Source of the DNA: Candidatus Hydrogenedentota bacterium
GTDB taxonomy: Bacteria > Hydrogenedentota > Hydrogenedentia > Hydrogenedentales > SLHB01
DNA: 51,469 nt
Assembly: GCA_045863335.1 (NCBI GenBank)
Contig: BTVY01000041.1
Location: 16,446-67,914, forward strand
Direction: 5' to 3'
Part shown: in pieces, positions 47,771-51,469 of the stretch
Layout: each line of letters opens with the position of its first letter
Position numbering within the stretch: position 1 is the stretch's first letter
Notes under the pieces: generated by a model
What the model saw: the letters and a program-made list of their open reading frames with translations, nothing else
The model's database searches: none
Told to the model about the DNA's origin: nothing
Translations under genes and position numbers: made by a program

Positions 47771-48967
47771 CTACTTCGCCGCGAGACTCTCTTCATTTTC
47801 CGGTTCGGGCGTGGGGGAGATGACGGCGGGTTTGTCGTCGGCTGCCTTGCCGCGGTACTCAATCTCGCAACAGCCGCGGCAAACCGCAAACCCGCTCTCG
47901 CGGCGCTTCTGCCGGAAGGCGCGCATGATCTCGTTGTTCCGCAGTTCCTTCAGGCTGTGCTCGCGCACGTTGCCGACCTTTTGAATCCAGCATGGATAGA
48001 CGCCGCCCTTCGCGCCCACGATGAGCGTCGACCAAATCGACCGGCACTCGAATTCGCGAAGGTTGTATCCCTGATCGTAGTGGTTGATGACTTCCTCGAA
48101 GGGCATGCGCGGCATGCGGACCTCGATGCCGAGTTTCTTCGCTTCCGCCATGGTCGCCCGCAACGAATCCTCGAGGCGTTTCCGGTCAATCCGCGGCTGA
48201 CGAAAATCGTCGCGGCTGAAGCTCGAGGGATCGACATGCCCGAGTTCCGGGATATCGTGGACCCGCGTTTCCGTCAGCAGGTTCAACACGTTCGCGCCGC
48301 ATTCCTGGGCGATCTTCGGCATCTCGGGCAGACAATCCAGGCTCTCGTCCTGAATCACCGTGTTGATGTGAATAAGGGGACTCTTCTTACCCATTTCTTT
48401 CCGGTACTTGGAAAGCATCTTGATGCCGTGGATGCTCTTGTCGAAAGACCCCTTCTGCGCGCGGATCACGTCGTGCACGTCGCGCGTGCCGTCGATGGAA
48501 ATCCCCGCGAAGTTGAAGCCGCGCCCGCCGAACCATTTCGGCGCCAGCTCCACACAGCGCTTGGCGCGTTCCTCCGTCAGCATCGTCGCGTTGGAGATGA
48601 AGTGAACGCGCCGCTTCGCGCACGCGTGTTCGAATATCTCCATAAAGTCCTTGCGAACGAAGACCTCGCCGCCGGTAAATGTGATGAGGCTCCAGCGTCC
48701 GGTCTGGTTGATGACGTTCAACCATTCTTCCGTGGTCAATTCGCCGTCAGCCTGAACACGCGTGGGGACCGTCTGAAGCCAGTCGATGTATTGGCACATC
48801 TTGCAGCGGAGATTGCAGCGGCGGGTGACCTCGAAGTAGTAGTGCCAGGTGGGAGGACCGTACGCGTCACGCGAAAAGCGGTAGGGGAGTTCCGTGTACG
48901 AACGCGTGACGGCCCGGTAAAGCGAGGTAATGAATCCCCGTTCGTTTGGATCTGGCGACGCGCCCAC
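47771..48967 (-). CDS. Radical SAM enzyme with SPASM/twitch-type C-terminal domain
   Basis: EVTRRCNLRCKMC, FTGGE, ISIDG...HD.IR; C...GGVYPC...GNV...CRGCC. Confidence 0.92.
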   Translation of the reverse strand: MGASPDPNERGFITSLYRAVTRSYTELPYRFSRDAYGPPTWHYYFEVTRRCNLRCKMCQYIDWLQTVPTRVQADGELTTEEWLNVINQTGRWSLITFTGGEVFVRKDFMEIFEHACAKRRVHFISNATMLTEERAKRCVELAPKWFGGRGFNFAGISIDGTRDVHDVIRAQKGSFDKSIHGIKMLSKYRKEMGKKSPLIHINTVIQDESLDCLPEMPKIAQECGANVLNLLTETRVHDIPELGHVDPSSFSRDDFRQPRIDRKRLEDSLRATMAEAKKLGIEVRMPRMPFEEVINHYDQGYNLREFECRSIWSTLIVGAKGGVYPCWIQKVGNVREHSLKELRNNEIMRAFRQKRRESGFAVCRGCCEIEYRGKAADDKPAVISPTPEPENEESLAAK

Positions 48968-49145
48968 AACCTACTCCCTGTCGTAACCTCTTTTGCCTAA
49001 GGGTTTTCCGTCGTTCGCGACGAGCGCGAAAGACGCAAAATATTCCCGTAAGGCAACACCCGCCCTGGCAAGGTGAATTCCCTCCCCAGAGCATCGTCAT
49101 CAAGCACACCATCCTAGGCGGATAACCGGTCGATTGCAATTCGCA

Positions 49146-49817
49146 TCAATCCAGTCGGGGTTGACCGCGCTTCAGCAACGGCGCGAGAGGGCAACCCTCA
49201 CAGTTCGGCTTGCGCCGGCAAAAGTCCTTGCCGGTCCAGACGATGAGCCCGTGATATTCCTTGAACAGATGGACCTCGTTCGGCAGTTGCCGTTCGAAGA
49301 ATGCGCGAAGGTCTTCGTAGCCGATCTTCGGCTCGACCAGTCCGTGACGCGAGAGGATGCGCCGAGTGTAGGCGTCAACGACGAAGACCGGTATCTCGCA
49401 GGCGTAGAGCAGAATGTCGTCCGCCGTTTCCGGCCCGATCCCGGGGATGTCCAGCAACTCCGGGCGAAGTTCGTCCAACGGCCGTTTGGCCATGCGCGCC
49501 ATGCTGCCGCCGTACCGGTCGACGAGGTGACTGCAGAAGCTCCGCACGCGCATAGTTTTGATTCGGAAATAGCCGGACGGCCGCAGGACTTCGTGGAGCA
49601 GCGCGTCGTCGGCATCGAGAATCGCGCGTGGGTTCAACAGCTTCCCGCGCTTCAGATTCGCGATGGCCTTCTCCACATTCGTCCAAGCGGTATTCTGCGT
49701 CAGGATGGCGCCAATGGCGATTTCAAAGGACGTGTCACCGGGCCACCAGTGCGTCGGGCCGTAGTGGGACGCCATTCGTTCGTAGATATCGAGGAGCCGT
49801 TTCGACACCCGTGCCAC
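49146..49817 (-). CDS. Endonuclease III-related HhH-GPD DNA glycosylase
   Basis: GAILTQNTAWTNVEKA, LLDIPGIGPETADDILLYA, VVDAY and C-terminal CRRKPNCEGCP. Confidence 0.9.
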   Translation of the reverse strand: MARVSKRLLDIYERMASHYGPTHWWPGDTSFEIAIGAILTQNTAWTNVEKAIANLKRGKLLNPRAILDADDALLHEVLRPSGYFRIKTMRVRSFCSHLVDRYGGSMARMAKRPLDELRPELLDIPGIGPETADDILLYACEIPVFVVDAYTRRILSRHGLVEPKIGYEDLRAFFERQLPNEVHLFKEYHGLIVWTGKDFCRRKPNCEGCPLAPLLKRGQPRLD

Positions 49818-49823
49818 GGTCGA

Positions 49824-50732
49824 TCAGTCCGCCTTCTTCAGGGTCACCGGCGTGTGGGCTTCCGCCTGGACCGCATCGGCGAGGCTGGCTTGATTGATGG
49901 CGCACTCCACAAAACCGGAACTCTGCAGCACCACGAGGCGGTCGCCCTTGGGGACGTTGGCATAGGTGGTGACGAACGGCGCCGTCCAGGTGATGGAGCC
50001 GATGGTCACGGTCAGCGTCTGTCCCCGCGAGATGCCGAGTTTCTCCAGGTCGGAACGCGTGATGGTCGTAACCAGGTTTCCATAGGGGTCCGCGCGCATG
50101 ACCGTGCCCTGAATGGCGTCTCCTTCGACGACCGCGCTGGGAAGTTCGACGCGAACCATCGTGTCCAGCACTTCGCCCACCACTTCAAACTTCACGCCAC
50201 TCGCGAGCGAAGCGGAAACCGGACCGTAGATGTCGCGGCCGTGAAACACCGTCGAGGTGACCTTGTCGCGCCAGAGGTCCTGATTGGTGCACTCACGGAT
50301 CGCGGCGAGCCCGAGCCGGTCTGCGACCACCGTGAGCAGCCCGTTGTCCGGGGCGACGAAGTAGTGCCCCGAGTCGGTTTTGATGGCGATGGATTTGCGC
50401 TCGGTGCCCACGCCCGGGTCCACGACGCAACAAAACACGGTGCCTTTCGGGTACTCGGGAGCGGCCTCAGCGAGCAGGTATGCGCCGGAAGCGATGTCGT
50501 ACGGGGGAACCGCATTCGTGATCGCGTCCACCCGCGCGTTGGGGAACTTCTTGTAGATAGCCCCTTTTAGGATACCTACGTAGATCGAGTCCGACCCGTA
50601 GTCGGTCAGCAGCACGACCATGCCGGTTCCGGGCGAACTGCCGTCTTCCTGGGCGAGGACCGGTGCTGCGATTAAGACAGCAAGAACAATCGACGTGGCC
50701 AGCAGCCGGAATGGAGGGGGAACTCGGTACAT
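49824..50732 (-). CDS. SAM hydroxide adenosyltransferase (DUF62, fluorinase/chlorinase superfamily) with signal peptide
   Basis: LLTDYG, VVDPGVGTER, APDNGLL, STVFHGRD, D.YGN and ECAINQ; N-terminus RLLATSIVLAVLIAAPVLA|Q. Confidence 0.9.
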   Translation of the reverse strand: MYRVPPPFRLLATSIVLAVLIAAPVLAQEDGSSPGTGMVVLLTDYGSDSIYVGILKGAIYKKFPNARVDAITNAVPPYDIASGAYLLAEAAPEYPKGTVFCCVVDPGVGTERKSIAIKTDSGHYFVAPDNGLLTVVADRLGLAAIRECTNQDLWRDKVTSTVFHGRDIYGPVSASLASGVKFEVVGEVLDTMVRVELPSAVVEGDAIQGTVMRADPYGNLVTTITRSDLEKLGISRGQTLTVTIGSITWTAPFVTTYANVPKGDRLVVLQSSGFVECAINQASLADAVQAEAHTPVTLKKAD

Positions 50733-51224
50733 GACTTTCAGCCTTTCGTGAATAGATGGTGCGTGACGACATGAATTGGGCGATCATAGCAGATGCTGGC
50801 GTGAAGGATGTGTGGGAGGCGCGAGTTCGCATAACGCGGCCGTTCGACGAGGTGAATTTCCCAACCTGGTATGCAGAACGATTCGAAAGGTCCACCCGCC
50901 GAACGGCCGCTAAGATTAGATTGATGGCTTCAGGTTTTCCTGGACTCCGTATGGTCGGCAACCCGGTTTGACTCGATATGCGTGCGCAAAGAATTCAGTG
51001 GCCGAGAGACGAAAACCCCTGCGTAGCGGAACTACACCCATGTACTGCGTTTGAACCCCATTACCCGGAGCAAGTTCCCTCAGGCTTCAACAACGCGCAC
51101 GTGCCGATGAAGACGCACCCTTCACCGTGCATCAACATTATGCCATTTCGCTGCAAAAAGTTGCATGATAATTTTCGTCTATACCCCTTTGTTTCGCAGC
51201 CGAGTCTTTGAAATAATTCGCAGT

Positions 51225-51417
51225 ATGTTCGATTTCGGAGATTATGTCACGCGTTGTGCGGCTATATGTCTGATTGCCATTATGGCGGGCTGCGGCGCGC
51301 CTTCGGCAGAGGTGCGTTCCGATGCGGAGAAAAGGGCGCAGGTTGAGGCCATGTGCGTCGAGTACCACCGCTCGTTTTCGGACGTTCCGGAGGTCTCTGC
51401 GGAAGGGCTTTTCCATT
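51225..51417 (+). CDS. 5' part of a putative lipoprotein (rhodanese-associated-like N-terminus), interrupted at 51418
   Basis: MFDFGDYVTRCAAICLIAIMAG|CGAPSAEVRSDAEKRAQVEAMCVEYHRSFSDVPEVSAEGLFH; no stop before the window end, so absent from the ORF track. Confidence 0.55.
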
Positions 51418-51469
51418 GTGCGCCCGGCAGGGCGCGTTCACTTGAGGGTGCAAGTCCCTTACAGGCCTG
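51418..51469 (+). mobile_element. 5' end of a group II intron (class C-like), truncated by window end
   Basis: Begins with the GUGYG consensus (GTGCGCCCGGCAGGGCGCG); hairpin GCGCCC/GGGCGC; then AGGG-TGCAAGT-CCCT, matching the GGGTGRAAGTCCC element of bacterial IIC introns. Confidence 0.8.

Noticed and set aside
49134-50570. Long antisense ORFs (49134-50570 +, 14143-15585 -, 46577-47752 +, 19447-20550 -, 47957-49000 + and others)
   Set aside because: Shadow ORFs opposite well-supported genes in high-GC DNA, with no recognisable motifs.
49824-50732. Fluorinase or chlorinase assignment
   Set aside because: FHGRD and the Asp/Arg residues indicate the SAM hydrolase subgroup; no fluorinase loop insertion is evident.
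1-51469. CRISPR arrays, tRNA/rRNA genes, transposases, prophage or defence genes
   Set aside because: No regularly spaced repeats, cloverleaf or T-loop signatures, or matching protein motifs were seen by eye.

Overview
About 51.5 kb of high-GC chromosomal DNA from a diderm bacterium (LpxL-type acyltransferase, TonB/ExbB, lipoproteins), with about 48 protein genes and no tRNA, rRNA or CRISPR array detected. Housekeeping and metabolic genes include argS, glgC, a glycogen debranching enzyme, ferritin, rpe, rbsK, a TrmH methylase, a beta-CASP nuclease, an NtrC-type regulator and a GAF-GGDEF cyclase. A cell-envelope glycosylation region spans about 27-42 kb. Main points of interest: (1) two tandem ~790-aa paralogues that appear to fuse a radical-SAM-like barrel lacking CxxxCxxC, a retained CxxCx5C motif, an unassigned middle domain and a GT-A glycosyltransferase, near a lipoyl-less E2-type acyltransferase; (2) a ~193-nt highly base-paired intergenic element (10577-10769) that I cannot match to a known RNA; (3) an uncalled 39-aa ORF with a good RBS upstream of ferritin; (4) the 5' end of a class C-like group II intron at 51418 interrupting an uncalled lipoprotein gene at the window edge; (5) a beta-propeller/di-heme surface protein with an IPTL-CTERM-like tail; (6) a signal-peptide-bearing SAM hydrolase; (7) a recurring 25-bp intergenic dyad motif. 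All family calls are from motif recognition by eye; no searches were run.
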